From: Malacoraja senta
Taxonomy: Eukaryota
DNA: 64,000 nt
Assembly: GCA_038087875.1 (NCBI GenBank)
Contig: CM075988.1
Coordinates: 11,844,001 to 11,908,000, forward strand
Direction: 5' to 3'
The notes under the pieces: generated by a model
Database searches by the model: none
What the model was told of the DNA's origin: nothing
Seen by the model: the letters and a program-made list of their open reading frames with translations, nothing else
Shown here: positions 1 to 11,754 of the stretch, one piece after another
How the letters are laid out: each line of letters begins with the position of its first letter
How positions within the stretch are numbered: position 1 is the stretch's first letter
Translations under genes and position numbers: made by a program

Positions 1-399
1 GTTAGAAGTGTTTAGGAGAAAATAGTTACACAAACATTAAAGCTACTGAGCATACTGGTGTACATTGGATGACATAATGGATTCCCAGAAAGACTAATGA
101 GAAGACAATGAGATACTGAAGCTATTTCCATTAGACACAATTAGCTTTAGTAAAAGATTAAAAGATAGGAAGACTTTTAATAGGGCAAGATGGTGTCCTG
201 TGTTAAAGATTTCTTTCTCAAGGTAAAGCACTTCTAATCTTCCTCAAGAGAATGAAGAGAAAGATTAGGAGAAATTAGCATTTATCCAGAGAGCATAAAA
301 TATTCTGGCACACAGTATGGTGGGCGAGGGTGATTTTATATATTTGAAGGAGAAAATGAAAGTGTGGAGTAGGAAATACAACAGCATGATTAAGATGAA

Positions 400-1490
400 A
401 GCAGTAAAAGGAGTGTGGACTTTAGCAGGGCCTTTGGAAAAAAGTGCTGCATGGTGGGCTAATCTGATGGTTAGATCCCATGGGATCCAAAGTGAAATGG
501 CCAATTGGATATAAAATTGCCTGTAAAGGCAGGAAAAGAAGGGAAACAAAGGGTGGTGGTGGAGGATTGTTTTTCAGATATGAGGCCAGCAATGACTGAT
601 GAGCCACAAGGATCTAGGCTGTATCCATATTGCTCATTATTTGTACTAACAACTTGTTTTTGTATGTGTATGTAGGTGGCATAATTAGTTGGTTTGCAGA
701 TGGTCGTGTAGTGAACAGTGAAAACATTATCAATGATTACAATAGAATCTTGATCAATTGGGCTAATGTGTTGAGGAATGGCAGATGGAGTTTAATTCAG
801 ATAAATGTGAGGTGCTTCAGTTTGGTTGAACAAACCAGGGGCCTGGAGAATGTTGCAACACAGAGAAGCCAAAGGTTGAAGGTACAAACTTCCCTGAAGG
901 TGGAGACACAGATGGATGGGGTGGCAAAGAAGGCATTTGACACATTTAGCTTTATCGGTAAGGGCATTGGGTACAGGAGATGGGATGTTATGTTACAGCT
1001 GGTCAAGACTTTGTGAGGCCACATTTGGAGTACGATGTACAGTTCTCGTCTCCCTTTTATGGGATGTACATCATTAAATGGGAAAGGTATAACAAAGACT
1101 AAGGAGGATGTTAGTAGGTCTGGAGGGTTTGAGCTATAGGAGAGGCTGGATGGACTGTGTTCATTTTCCCTGGAGCATAGGTGGCTGAAGAGTGACTTTG
1201 GGGAAATATATATAAAATCATGATGAAAGTGAACAGCTACAGTCTTTTCACCAGGGTGGGGGGGGGGGGGGGTGTCTAAAGCTAGAGGGTATAGAATTAA
1301 GATGAGAGGGGAAAGATTTAAAAGGGAATTGAGGGCAACAGATTTCCCACAGATGTTAGTGCCTAGCTAGAATGACCTGCCAGAAGAAGTGGTTGAGGCA
1401 GGTACAATTATTTCATTTATAAGACGCTTTGACAGATGCAAGGATAGGAATGGGTTGAAGGGCTCTGGACCAGGTGCAGGCAAGTAAGAC
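400..1490 (+). mobile_element. Degenerate CR1-type LINE ORF2 3' fragment
   Basis: Decayed RT/C-terminal peptides (FADG, KKAFDTFSFIGKGIGYRRWDVMLQLVKTL*RPHLEY) paralleling the intact copy at 22641; many stops and frameshifts; tail resumes at ~1690-1740. Confidence 0.85.
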
Positions 1491-1502
1491 TATTTTACTT
1501 AA

Positions 1503-1675
1503 GTTGAAGATAGACACAAAATGCTGGAGTAACAGCGGGTTAGACTGAGGAAGGGTCTCGACCCAAAACATCGTCTATTCCTTTTCTCTGGAGATGCTGT
1601 CTGATCTGCTGAGTTACTCCAGCTTTTTGTGCCTATCTTTGGTGTAAACCAGAATCTGAAGTTCCTTCCTACACA
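1503..1675. mobile_element. Penelope-tail hairpin mini-element inserted in the CR1 3' end
   Basis: Inverted arms agatagacacaaaatgctggagtaac / gttactccagctttttgtgcctatct around ctgaggaagggtctcgaccc. Confidence 0.75.
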
Positions 1676-2112
1676 TCTTATTTAAGCTACCTGGTCAGCG
1701 TGGATGTGTTTGTGCCGAAGGGCCTGTTTCAGTGTTTGGTAGATCTATGGCAGTGGGATTAGTTGCAAATTGTTAGATTGTGACATGTAAAATGGACCAC
1801 AGAACATGACAAACATCCCATGCTTCCGTAATCTGACCCAAACACAAGTTGCTCCGACACCTTCAGCAAACTTGAGAAGTTCTATCTCTCATTTTTGGAG
1901 AAAAAGCTACTTGAAAAAACTGAGGAAGTGTTTCAACAAGACAATCCTACAAAAGTTGTACAAATGTAATAATTATATAAAATTCCTCGAAGGTATTAGG
2001 TGGTGAACAACAAGACGACCATTACATTTAATATGAGAAATGCAGGCACCACCAACTGGGACAGCAGTGCTTCTTTGACGACTCACAAGATAGATTTTAA
2101 GCATTGCCATGA

Positions 2113-2433
2113 GGGGCGGCACAGTGGTGCAACGGTTGACTTGTTGCCTTGCATTGCCAGAAACCTGGGCTCGATCCTGACCCTGGGTGCTGTCTGTTCG
2201 GAATTTGTACGTTCTACCTGTGACCACGTGTTTTTTTTTTGGGTGCTCCAGTTTCGTCCGACACTTCAAAGACGTACAGTTTTGTAGGTGAATTGACTTT
2301 GGTGAAATTGTCAATTGTCCGTGGTGCGTATAATAGTGCTAGTGTGCGGGGATCGCTGGTCAGCGTGGGCTCGGTTGGCTGAATTGTCTGTTTCTTTGCT
2401 GTATCTCTAAAGTCTAAAGTACGAAAGCCTAAA
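2113..2433 (+). mobile_element. HE1/V-SINE-like tRNA-derived SINE
   Basis: A-box-like ggcacagtggtgca, B-box-like gctcgatcc, central domain shared with the other copies, CR1-like 3' end, (CTAAAG)-type tail. Confidence 0.85.
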
Positions 2434-3574
2434 GCCATCACTGAATATTTAAAAATAAAACTCGTGAGATAGTAACACTGACACGTTATAAAGTTAGCAC
2501 ATTATAATTCTGAAAAGAAAACTAGGGAGTTTAAAATATTCCATTTGTTTTATTTTCAGTGTTTCCCCAGTATTTATTTTCCAACTTTATTTTTACTCAA
2601 ATAGACATCAGACCTTTGCCTTTTGAATGACTGTGAGTCATGATTCCAGTTTCATACTGTTGCATTATATAGAAATCACATACTTATTTTCCCGACACGA
2701 TAATCTCGTCTCCAGAATGCCTTTCTCCTTTTTTTTTGTCATTTCAGTTGTTACTGTTACACCTCATTTGAAAAGGTAAGACAAGTGATGAGTGACAGTC
2801 AAGTGATTGTTCGAAATCAAATTGATGTCAGAGGTCAGATGATGGATGGCGATCTTAGAAATAAGAGCAGGATAAAGATTTCCAGGGATTTTCAATGAGA
2901 TTTATTGTTTCAAAGCAAGTAAATGCAAATGTCATACTGCATGCCTTTTTCCTTGACCTTAAATCATGGTACTATTTTATGCATTCTGTTAGTTCTCAAA
3001 AAGATTGGGTGAAAAATTACATTGCCTGATACAGAGTGCTTGTGGATTTGCCACTACCTCTGAGCTGTTCGGGAAAATCTAATCACAAATACAGTGAATG
3101 CGTCTTCGTACCTCGATGTACTAATATTTTCTTTCTCTGCATGAAGCATGTCAAACAATACATTTAGTTATAGTGCAGCTATAAGTCTGTGGCAATTTAG
3201 TTCACCATGGTAACATGGGTCAGGACACATTTCTGGCCAAATAGCCTAAAGTGCCATGACTGAAATTAATCTCTTGCTAAATTCTAACTAAAATTATTTA
3301 AATCACTGCAGTCATTTTATAAAAATACCAACTTCCATAAAATCATAAGGTAAAAATTCACATCTTTAGCTGCCATATTACTCTCAAAAAAACGTCTTAT
3401 AAAGAATCCAGGCTTTTCAATGTTGAATTGAAAATGGAGGAACCAGCAGAATAAAAGATGTTCAATTTTTAGATGCATCACAAAAAATGCACGAGTTTTG
3501 GAAACGTTCGATTCAGTGAATCCCTGAAACTACATTTGGAAAGAAAGGCAAATTTGTGTTACAAAAAAACAATG

Positions 3575-3885
3575 TTTGAGAATTCAGGATGCCATAAAGC
3601 ATTTCTCAGCCAAATAAATCCATATTAAGTTTTAACATGATTATTGTTTTAACATGAGAAGCAGAGCATCCAATTGTTGTGAATATTTCACACTAGCACT
3701 ATTCCAGTGCTGTTAATGGAGGGATACCAGGAACATATTCTCTCACTTGCCTTGAAGTCGACCCAAGAATACTCTATGTCCACTTTGCTTGGGAGCTTGG
3801 TATTTTCTCTGCTATCAGGGAACACTTTATACAGCACAACATTCCCTCTGCACTGTGCAATACAATCAGTTTACATTTTGTAAGG
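3575..3885 (-). mobile_element. Ancient Deu-domain SINE relic (SacSINE1-like)
   Basis: Diverged match to the reverse complement of the element at 48960-49415 (caggatgccataaagcatttctcagccaa ... cagcacaacattccctctgcactg). Confidence 0.5.
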
Positions 3886-3901
3886 GTATTGTTGAGATAA
3901 T

Positions 3902-4147
3902 GTGTAGGAAGGAACTGCAGATGCTGCGTTAAACCAAAGAGAGAACAAAATGCTGGAGTAACTCAGCGGGACAGGCAGCATCTCTGGAGAGAAGAAATGG
4001 GTGACGTTTTGGGTCGAGACCCTTTTTCAGACTGAAGAATATTCTTCAGAATGAAGTAGGGTCTCGACCCAGAATGTCACCCATTCATTCTCTCCAGAGA
4101 TGTTGCCCGACCCGCTGAGTTACTCCAGCATTTTGCGTCTATCTTTG
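3902..4147. mobile_element. Head-to-head Penelope-tail hairpin element
   Basis: ~100-bp inverted arms; centre ttttcagactgaagaatattcttcaga. Confidence 0.85.
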
Positions 4148-4519
4148 TTAGGATCAAGTTGCTTTGAATAAGCGTATCAGGGCATTTTATTATTCATTCA
4201 TAGGGCGCGCATATTGTTGGCAATGTCAACATTTGTGCTTATTGTTCCCCTCGATTGTGACCCTGATTTAGTTTCTTGAATTGTGGGTGTCCATGTGGTG
4301 AGGGAGATTCCACAATGCCCCACTCCCAACAGACATTGAAGGATACGGATAGGATGGTGCATTACCTGCAAAGGGAACTTGCAGAGAACTGTGTTCCCAT
4401 GTTCTTTATCCTTCAAGAGGTTGAGGTCGCAAATTCTGAAGCTGTTGTCAAGGAATTGTTGGTGAAAATCTACATTGGGTCTTGCATTCACAATGAGCCA
4501 TTGTTATTAAGCTTCATGA

Positions 4520-4693
4520 TGAAGGCTCAGTGAAAACCTACCTTAACACCAGTGCCAGTCATTTATGCTGGGATTTTGAATATTTTTTGTAAAATGTATA
4601 CTCATTTTCATTATACACTATTGTTATTTGTAATTCAAGATGCTTCATTTTAATTGTTAAAGAATTGCTTTAGAAAATCTGAATTCCATTCAT
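4520..4693 (+). repeat. Local direct duplication, copy 1 (partner 6127-6300)
   Basis: ~174 bp AT-rich sequence colinear with 6127-6300, scattered substitutions. Confidence 0.9.
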
Positions 4694-5198
4694 GCTCCGG
4701 GTTCTTCCCACATCCCGTAAACATACACGTTTGTAGGTACATGTTCATAAATGAGAGGAGCAGAATTAGGCCATTCAGCCCATCAAGTATACTCTGCCAT
4801 TCAATCATGACTGATCTATCTCTCCCTCCTAACCGCATTCTCCTGCCTCTTCCCCATAACCCCTGACACCCGTACTAATCAAGAATCTATCTATCTAATC
4901 AAGAGTCTGAAGAAGGGTTTCGGCCCGAAACGTTACCTATTTCCTTCGCTCCATAGATGCTGCTGCACCCGCTGAGTTTCTCCAGCATTTTTGTGTACCT
5001 AAGAATCTATATATCCTTGCCTTAAAAACCTGCCTTAGATGAATTAGACTTTGTAAATTACCCCTAGCATGGAGGAAATGGATGCAAAAGTGGGATACTA
5101 TAGACGTGGTGAGAAAGGGTGATAGATGGTCAGCATGGACTTTGTAGGCTGAAGGACTTATATCCATACTGGATCTTTTAATCAATCAATCAATCAAT
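4694..5198 (+). mobile_element. 5'-truncated V-SINE interrupted by a CR1 3' tail (-, ~4738-5028), itself interrupted by a Penelope tail (+, 4905-5000)
   Basis: SINE body at 4694-4737 and 5036-5198 with (TCAA)n tail; CR1 tail motif ggccattcagccc; Penelope unit flanked by aagaatctat on both sides. Confidence 0.8.
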
Positions 5199-5766
5199 GT
5201 CTCTTATTCTGATGAGATCTATATGATGTAAGATGGAATGCACAATAATTTTAAGCATTTTTAACTGCAAGAAATTTATTTGCCACTTCATGTCAAAGCG
5301 GAACTCATAACACTGTCAAATGTTTATATGGTGACAATCAATAGATGAACTGATACTTGGACTTGTTACCAAAGTTGGTGTATTGATTTATGTGGGTCTA
5401 AATGCAGCCAGTTGGAAATTATAAATGGATCTCATTACAACAGTAATTTTCTCAAGAGAATAGATCAAGTTTTCCATTAGCTTTTTTAAAAATCAAGTTG
5501 TCACCAAAAAGGGAAAATGAGTGCCAGGTGAAAAATATAGAAAATAAAAATGAAGCTCATGATTTATGCAGAAAGAAAACCAGAAGCCCATCAAAGGCAA
5601 TAGACTTCAGCTGACAGGTTTCTAGAGTGCCAGTGCTATCATTGGGAGGAAAGGTGAACTGGAGAGGTTGTTGTATTGGGTATTGTAAGATAAATTAGTG
5701 AAATGGAATTGTTCAGGCTTTTCCAATTAGAATTGAATACGTGGGGAAAAAAGTCTCCATTTTCCA

Positions 5767-6068
5767 GGGCGGCATTGTGGCGAAGCAGCAGTGTGGCTGC
5801 CTTATAGCACTTGCAGCGCTAGAGACCCTGGGTTCGATCCCGACTACGGGTGCTGTCTGTACAGAGTTTTACGTTCTCCCCATGAACGTGTGGGGTTTTC
5901 TCCGAGATCTTCGGTTTCCTACAGATTTATAGGTTAATTGGCGGGTTTGTATTAAGTGTAAATTGCCCCTAGTATGTGTTGGCTTGTGTTAATGTGTGGG
6001 GATCGCTAGTCCGTGTGGACTGAATGGGCCGAATGGCCTATATCCGCGCTCTATCTCTGAACTAAATC
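5767..6068 (+). mobile_element. HE1/V-SINE-like SINE
   Basis: B box ggttcgatcc, shared body, gggccgaatggcct 3' end. Confidence 0.85.
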
Positions 6069-6126
6069 TCGTGGAGCCGTGCATAACCCAACCTATTAGC
6101 AACACTGCCCAACTCATTCAGTCGTC

Positions 6127-6300
6127 TGAAAGCTCAGTGAAAACCTACCTTAGCACAAGTGCCATTCATTTATGCTGGGATTTTGAATATTATTTGTAAA
6201 ATGTATACTAATTTTCATGATACACCATTGTTATTTGTAATGCAAGGTGTTTCAATTTAATTGTTAAAGAATTGTTGCAGAAAAACTGAATTCCATTAAT
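6127..6300 (+). repeat. Local direct duplication, copy 2 (partner 4520-4693)
   Basis: Colinear with 4520-4693. Confidence 0.9.
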
Positions 6301-6919
6301 ACCCTTGGCCACAGAAAACTGCTCTTAAATGCCAAGTCTCCCATTGAGGTAAGCTATAGAATTTAGCATTTAGCTGCATAGTAAACGTTATATCAAGAGC
6401 ACTTTACATGGACTGTAAAATATGAACCCGTTTGTTTTTATTTCTGTGTAGCAGTTATGGTACAACTGAGATCTTTGCTCAGCTTTTTTACAAGGGGAGT
6501 TAGCAGCTAACTCCATGCTTCATTCTGGTCATTTTAGACAGAATCAGTAAATATAGCAGATATTCTCTCCGAAACAGACGGGTGAACCTGATTGGTTTTG
6601 GAATCCAGTAAATTTATGGTCATCATTACCAAGAATAGTTATTTTATTTAATTAAATCCAGATTATTAACAGAAGTTAAATACCATAAAATTGAAAACAA
6701 TACAAGTGAATGATTGCATTGTTTGGAAGGTGAGTCTGGATTACTACTTTGATAGCTTTACAACAATTAATGCAATTTTAACTAAATAGTTAATTTGCTA
6801 CTCAACAAATATACAAAATATCTGAGGATTTGTCATTGAATGAATCGGGGCATTTGTTTTCTGTAATTTTCACACATTTGTAATAATCATTCAAATTTAA
6901 GTATCCTGACATTTATCTT

Positions 6920-7290
6920 GTAAATGTACAGAAAATTGATCAATTAATTAAGGTGAATGCACAAAGTCTTGTTCCCAAGTTGGGAATCAAGAATCAGAGG
7001 AGTTGGTTTTAAATTGAGAGTTGAAAGATTCAGTAGATATCTGAGGGGCAGTGTTTTGCACAGAGGGTGGAGCATATATGGAATGAGCTGCCAGAGGAAT
7101 GTGACTGAAGAAAGGTCTTGACCTGAAACGTCACCCATTCCTTCTCTCCAGAGATGCTGCCTGTCCTTGCTGAATTACTTCAGCTTCTAGTGCCTATCTT
7201 CGGTTTAAACCAGCATCTGCAGTTCCTTCCGACACAAAGGAATGTGACTTGTAGATGGGAAACTTGTTCAGTATTGACAAAGGGTCTGTT
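6920..7290 (+). mobile_element. CR1 3' fragment interrupted by a Penelope-tail monomer (7107-7237)
   Basis: CR1 motif tggaatgagctgccagagg; insert flanked by 12-bp direct repeat aggaatgtgact (7095-7106, 7238-7249). Confidence 0.8.
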
Positions 7291-7447
7291 TCCTTCCCAG
7301 ATATTGACCAATTAAAATTATTTTCAAAGAAATTCTTCTTAGAGTAGTGTTATGAAATTATCACTTTGCCTGGAATAACTTGAACGCTAGTTTACCTTTG
7401 GATTCCCCAAAACTGTACATCATACTCTACTCGTTATGTAACTGATA

Positions 7448-7565
7448 GTCAAGAGTGTTTTATTGTCAAATGTCCCAGATAGAACAATGAAATTCTTATT
7501 TGCTGCAGCGCAACAGAATATGTAAACATAGTCTGATATGATAAACGAGAGAGAAAAGATAAGCT
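7448..7565 (-). mobile_element. Rex1/Babar-like LINE 3' tail
   Basis: Reverse-strand gaatttcattgtt...gacaataaa...cttgact terminus; same tail on + at 18010-18080. Confidence 0.6.
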
Positions 7566-7567
7566 CA

Positions 7568-7574
<7 letters not shown>

Positions 7575-7642
<68 letters not shown>
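7575..7642. repeat. (TA)n microsatellite
   Basis: Direct observation. Confidence 0.99.
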
Positions 7643-7652
<10 letters not shown>

Positions 7653-7774
7653 CACAATATATTTACACACATACTCAAAAAACAAACAAAATAGTGCAAA
7701 TATATTAATAATAGTCTATTGTAGTTCAGAAGTTTGCAGCCACAGAAATTCTGCACTGATTTGTGCTGCAAACG

Positions 7775-7775
<1 letters not shown>

Positions 7776-7811
<36 letters not shown>

Positions 7812-7830
7812 TGTGTGTGTGTGTGTGTGT
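7776..7830. repeat. (TG)n microsatellite
   Basis: Direct observation, one cgcg interruption. Confidence 0.99.
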
Positions 7831-8698
7831 CTTGGATGTAAATGTCAGTGGGTTGGTTAGTAAGTTTGCAGATGACACCAAGATTGCTGGAGACTGTTAG
7901 GAAGGTTGTCAAATTATACAGCAGGGTATAGAAATAGATGGAGAAATGGCAGATGGTGTCATCCGAGAATGCATGAAGGTTGCACTTTGGGAGGATCAGC
8001 ATCATTGATGTAGGTGATGGGTCTTGGGTTCCAAATCCAGAACTCCCTGAAAGTAGCAACAGAAGCAGATAGATGGTCAAGATACCATATGGTGTGCTTG
8101 CTTTCATTAGTTGGGGCATTGTGAATAATAGTTAAGAGGTCATGATGCAACTTTACAGGACTTTGGTTAGGCTGCATTTAGAATATTGTGTGCAGTTCTG
8201 ACCATTCCAGGGTAGGAAGGGTGTGGAGGTTTGAAAATAGTGCAGAGGAGATTTACCGGAATTATGCCTCATTTAGCTGCTGGAGAAGTTGGACAAACTT
8301 GAATTCTATTTTTCTGGAACGTCAGATGTAGCATGGACCTGAGAGAAGCATATAAAATTATGCAAGGCATAGTCAGAAAGTAGACAGAGGTAGACAGTCA
8401 GAACCTTTTTTTCCCAAATGGAGATATCAAATACTAGAGGGCGTAGCCTTAAGGTGTGAGGGGAAAGGTTTAAAGGAGATGTGCAGAGAAAGCTCTTTAT
8501 ACAGAGGTTGGTGATACTACCGGGGGTGATGGTGATGGCAGAGATGATAGTGGCTTTTAAGTGACTTTTGGATAGACAGAAAATGGAGGATGTGGATAAT
8601 GTGCAGACACATAGTAGTTGGTCTTGGCATCATGTTTGACACGGACACCGAGGGCTGAATGGCCTGTTCCACTGCTCTGCTTTTCAATGTTCAATGTT
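7831..8698 (+). mobile_element. Degenerate CR1 ORF2 3' fragment with tail
   Basis: aagtttgcagatgacaccaagatt (KFADDTKI), LEYCVQF motif, gggctgaatggcctgtt, (TTCAATG) tail. Confidence 0.9.
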
Positions 8699-8743
8699 AA
8701 ATCATTGTTCAAAATGCCTCCTCGACGTACGTGGAAATGGCAG

Positions 8744-8850
8744 ATAATAATAATAATAATAATACATTTTATTTATATAGCGCTTTTCAGGACTCAAAGT
8801 CGCTTTACATTGAGAGTCAAGAATAAACAAAACAAAATAAACAAAACAAA
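8744..8850 (-). mobile_element. L2-like 3' tail with (TAT)n end, inside a probable Deu-SINE relic (~8720-8960)
   Basis: Reverse strand tgtaaagcgactttgagt...aaaagcgctatataaataaa(tat)n. Confidence 0.6.
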
Positions 8851-9832
8851 ATTTTGCTCTGTAAGGCGTCACAATGAATAAAGAGATAAATGACCAGTCA
8901 AACTACTTTCTTGATGTTCCTTGGAGAAATAATAGGGCAAGGAAAATTTTGCTCCATTAAATTGTGTTTTCAGACGTTTGAGATCAAAGAGGTATGATGA
9001 ACAAAGTAGATTCAGGGCTTCAATGCTTTATTACAGTCTCCTAAGCATGGCACCGTTTGAATAATGGTTTGTGTAAGGGTACTTTATGGCTTGAACCAAA
9101 GTTTGTGAACAAATTTGTGTAATTCATAGGCACTGCAGATTTGTTGTGGAGACTGAGATAGTGGAACTAACATTCTATTACAGAGTGAAGATTTATGGAC
9201 TCAAGAATAAACTGCAACTGTTTAAGTCAACCATATAATCTTGCAGGAAGAACGTTGTTAATTTTCGGTACTTAAAATATGCAAAAGGTACAATGCGTGA
9301 AACATTATGTGGAGTCAACAAGAAGCGCTGTGATTAGTGAAGCAACAAACTTTGTAACAATGATTTTCACTATTTCTTTCCCAGTGGGAATCTTTGACCT
9401 ACTGCTCTTTCCGTAATATCTGTAGCAGGGTTAGGATTAGACAAATGGTTGTCATACTGAACCTCTCTTGAGATTACTCCACATGAAAATGCATATAATC
9501 AATGTTTGGCGCCATTCAGCTGACCACGTACACACAATTTGATGTGGACCATGTTGCTTCTTGCCATAAGGTTAAAAGAAAACATCGACTTTTAAAGGAA
9601 GCATATCAGCTGAATATATGCCAACTTAAAGTGTGCAGTAAACTAACTTGTTTACTTGCAATTGATCAGGCCTTTATCAATTTAGGCTCTTTCGTTCGAT
9701 CCATGTTATCACAAAATGAGTTAGAAGGGGGCCGCAGGAACTAGGGTTGAGTTGGGATGAGATATTCTGTGGTCAAAGTTGCATGCATGGTGTCAATGAA
9801 TGAATGGGTTCCATTTATAACCCAGTGGAGAA

Positions 9833-10020
9833 CCAAAGATAGACATGAAAAGCTGGAGTAACTCAGCGGGACAGGCAGCATCTCTGGAAAGAAGGAATGG
9901 GTGACGTTTTGGGTCAAAACCCTTCTTCAGACTGGTTAGGGATGTGAGGCGAGAGATAAAGAACAATGAATTAAAGATATGCAAAAAAAGTAAAGATGAT
10001 AAAGGAAACAGAACCAAATT
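9833..10020 (-). mobile_element. Penelope-like element 3' tail
   Basis: gggtgacgttttgggtcaaaacccttcttcagact plus upstream UTR shared with 46570-46950. Confidence 0.8.
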
Positions 10021-10127
10021 ATTGCTTGCCTTTTGAAGGGCTTCAATGACATACTGACAATGAGCTTTGAATGTTGCTTTGGAGTGGCTGTTAAACCAGT
10101 GGGTTAGATGGTGTACTGATGGCCCTT

Positions 10128-10300
10128 CACAATAGACAATAGACAATAGGTGCAGGAGTAGGCCATTCAGCCCTTCGAGCCAGCACTGCCATTCAGTGTG
10201 ATCATGGCTGATCATCCCCAATCAGTACCCCGTTCATGCCTTCTCCCCATATCCTCTGACTCCGCTATTTTTAAGAGCCCTCTCTCTTGAAAGCATCCAG
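10128..10300 (-). mobile_element. Young CR1 3' tail
   Basis: caatagacaatagacaataggtgcaggagtaggccattc; reverse complement of the tail type at 45370-45585. Confidence 0.9.
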
Positions 10301-10414
10301 ATTCATTTAAATACATCTCAAAGTTCTTGCCTTACCAGTCATGTTTGCTTATTAATTAAAATTTAATTCGAGCACACCATATGCTACAGCAAAATATTTC
10401 CTGGTTGCCATTGG

Positions 10415-11250
10415 TCACAGAATCATCGAGTCATACAGCACTTCTGCCCAACTCATCCATGCCGGCCAAGATGCAGCGTTTAATCTAGTCCCATTTGTCC
10501 GTGTTTGGCCCATATCTCTCTTAACCTCTCCTACCCATGTACCTGCTAAAGAGTTTTGTAAATATTATTATGGTACCTGCCTCCACTGTCTCCTCAGGCC
10601 GCTCGTTCCATGTACCCACCACCTTCTGAGTGAATACGTTGTCCCTCATGTTCCAAACAAATCTTTCCCCTCTCACCTTAAACCTATGTCCTCTGGTTCA
10701 TGATTTCCCCTACCCTGGGTAAAAGACTCCATGCATTTACCCAATCTATTCCCCTGATGATTTTATACACCTCTATAAGATCATCCCTCAGCCTCCTGCG
10801 CTCCAAGAAATTGAGACCTAGCCTGCCCAGCCTCCCACTGTAGCTCAGCCCCTCAAGTCCTGGCAACATTGGGCGGCACAGTGGTGCAGCGGTAGAGCTA
10901 CTGCCTTACAGTGCCAGAGACCCGGCTTCAATCCTAACTACGGGTGCTTGTCTGTACGGAGTTTTACCTTCTCCCTTACATACAGGTTTGTAGGTTAATT
11001 GGCTTGTTACAAATGTAAATTGTCCCTAGTGTGTGTAGGATAGTGTCAATGTGCGGGGAGCGCTGGTCGCTGCGGACTCGGTGGGCCGAAGGGGCTGTTT
11101 CCGCTCTGTATCACTGAACTAAACAAAAAAAAATCCTTGCTGTTCTTCCGTGCGCTCTTCCCAGCCTAATGACATCCTTCCTGCAGCAGGTTGAACGGAA
11201 CTGAACACAGTACTCTATGTGCGGCTTCACTGATGTCTTGTACAACGTCT
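10415..11250 (-). mobile_element. CR1 3' fragment interrupted by a SINE
   Basis: ORF 10684-10869 MLPGLEGLSY...LERRRLRDDLIEVYKI is the CR1 ORF2 C-terminus; continues at 11133-11250. Confidence 0.9.
10871..11125 (+). mobile_element. HE1/V-SINE-like SINE (internal deletion)
   Basis: gggcggcacagtggtgcagcggtagag head, shared 3' end. Confidence 0.9.
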
Positions 11251-11754
11251 TTTATGTCAACAGTTCTGTGACCACTGTGCTCAGGTGAAGCAAAAAAAAG
11301 GATCTATTCAGCAGCTTGCTGAGTAAATGCACTTTTATCTTGGCATCCTACTCATCCTATGCTTGAGGGGGCTCAGTGTTTTACCACTGCATTATTCCCA
11401 GCCCCAGTAAATCTGTCTGCTGTGTTAGTAAATTTGATTTTCAGTGAAATCTCATTTGCCTGCAGTCCTGATGGACTGTGGTAGGTTTGCTGCTGCTGTG
11501 TGTAAATTCTGCCTGTCTCAGCGGCTGAATTCATCAAGCAGAACAGACAGATTTAATCAGACAGTCACTGAACAGTCAGACTGACAAACCCTTTACTACC
11601 TGGAGCAGGTCTAATAATTGAGTAAGGCTCCTGCAGGTGCTTATTGTAACAGTGGTAATAAATTATAAAATATCCATTGTTTATTAAGGCAGCAACATGT
11701 GGAAGGTCACTTGAACAAGATAGCGTTCTGACTAATGAAGTACTTCCAAACCTA

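Noticed and set aside
1258..1272. Poly-G run (also ~43252-43264)
   Set aside because: Simple homopolymer, the first inside a CR1 relic; length may be a sequencing artefact.
2113..2185. tRNA genes at SINE heads (also 10871, 27272, 31888, 42801, 61722)
   Set aside because: A/B-box-like motifs run directly into the SINE body; no complete cloverleaf seen.
7420..7860. ORFs with YIYIYI / CVCVCV runs
   Set aside because: Translations of (TA)n and (TG)n microsatellites.
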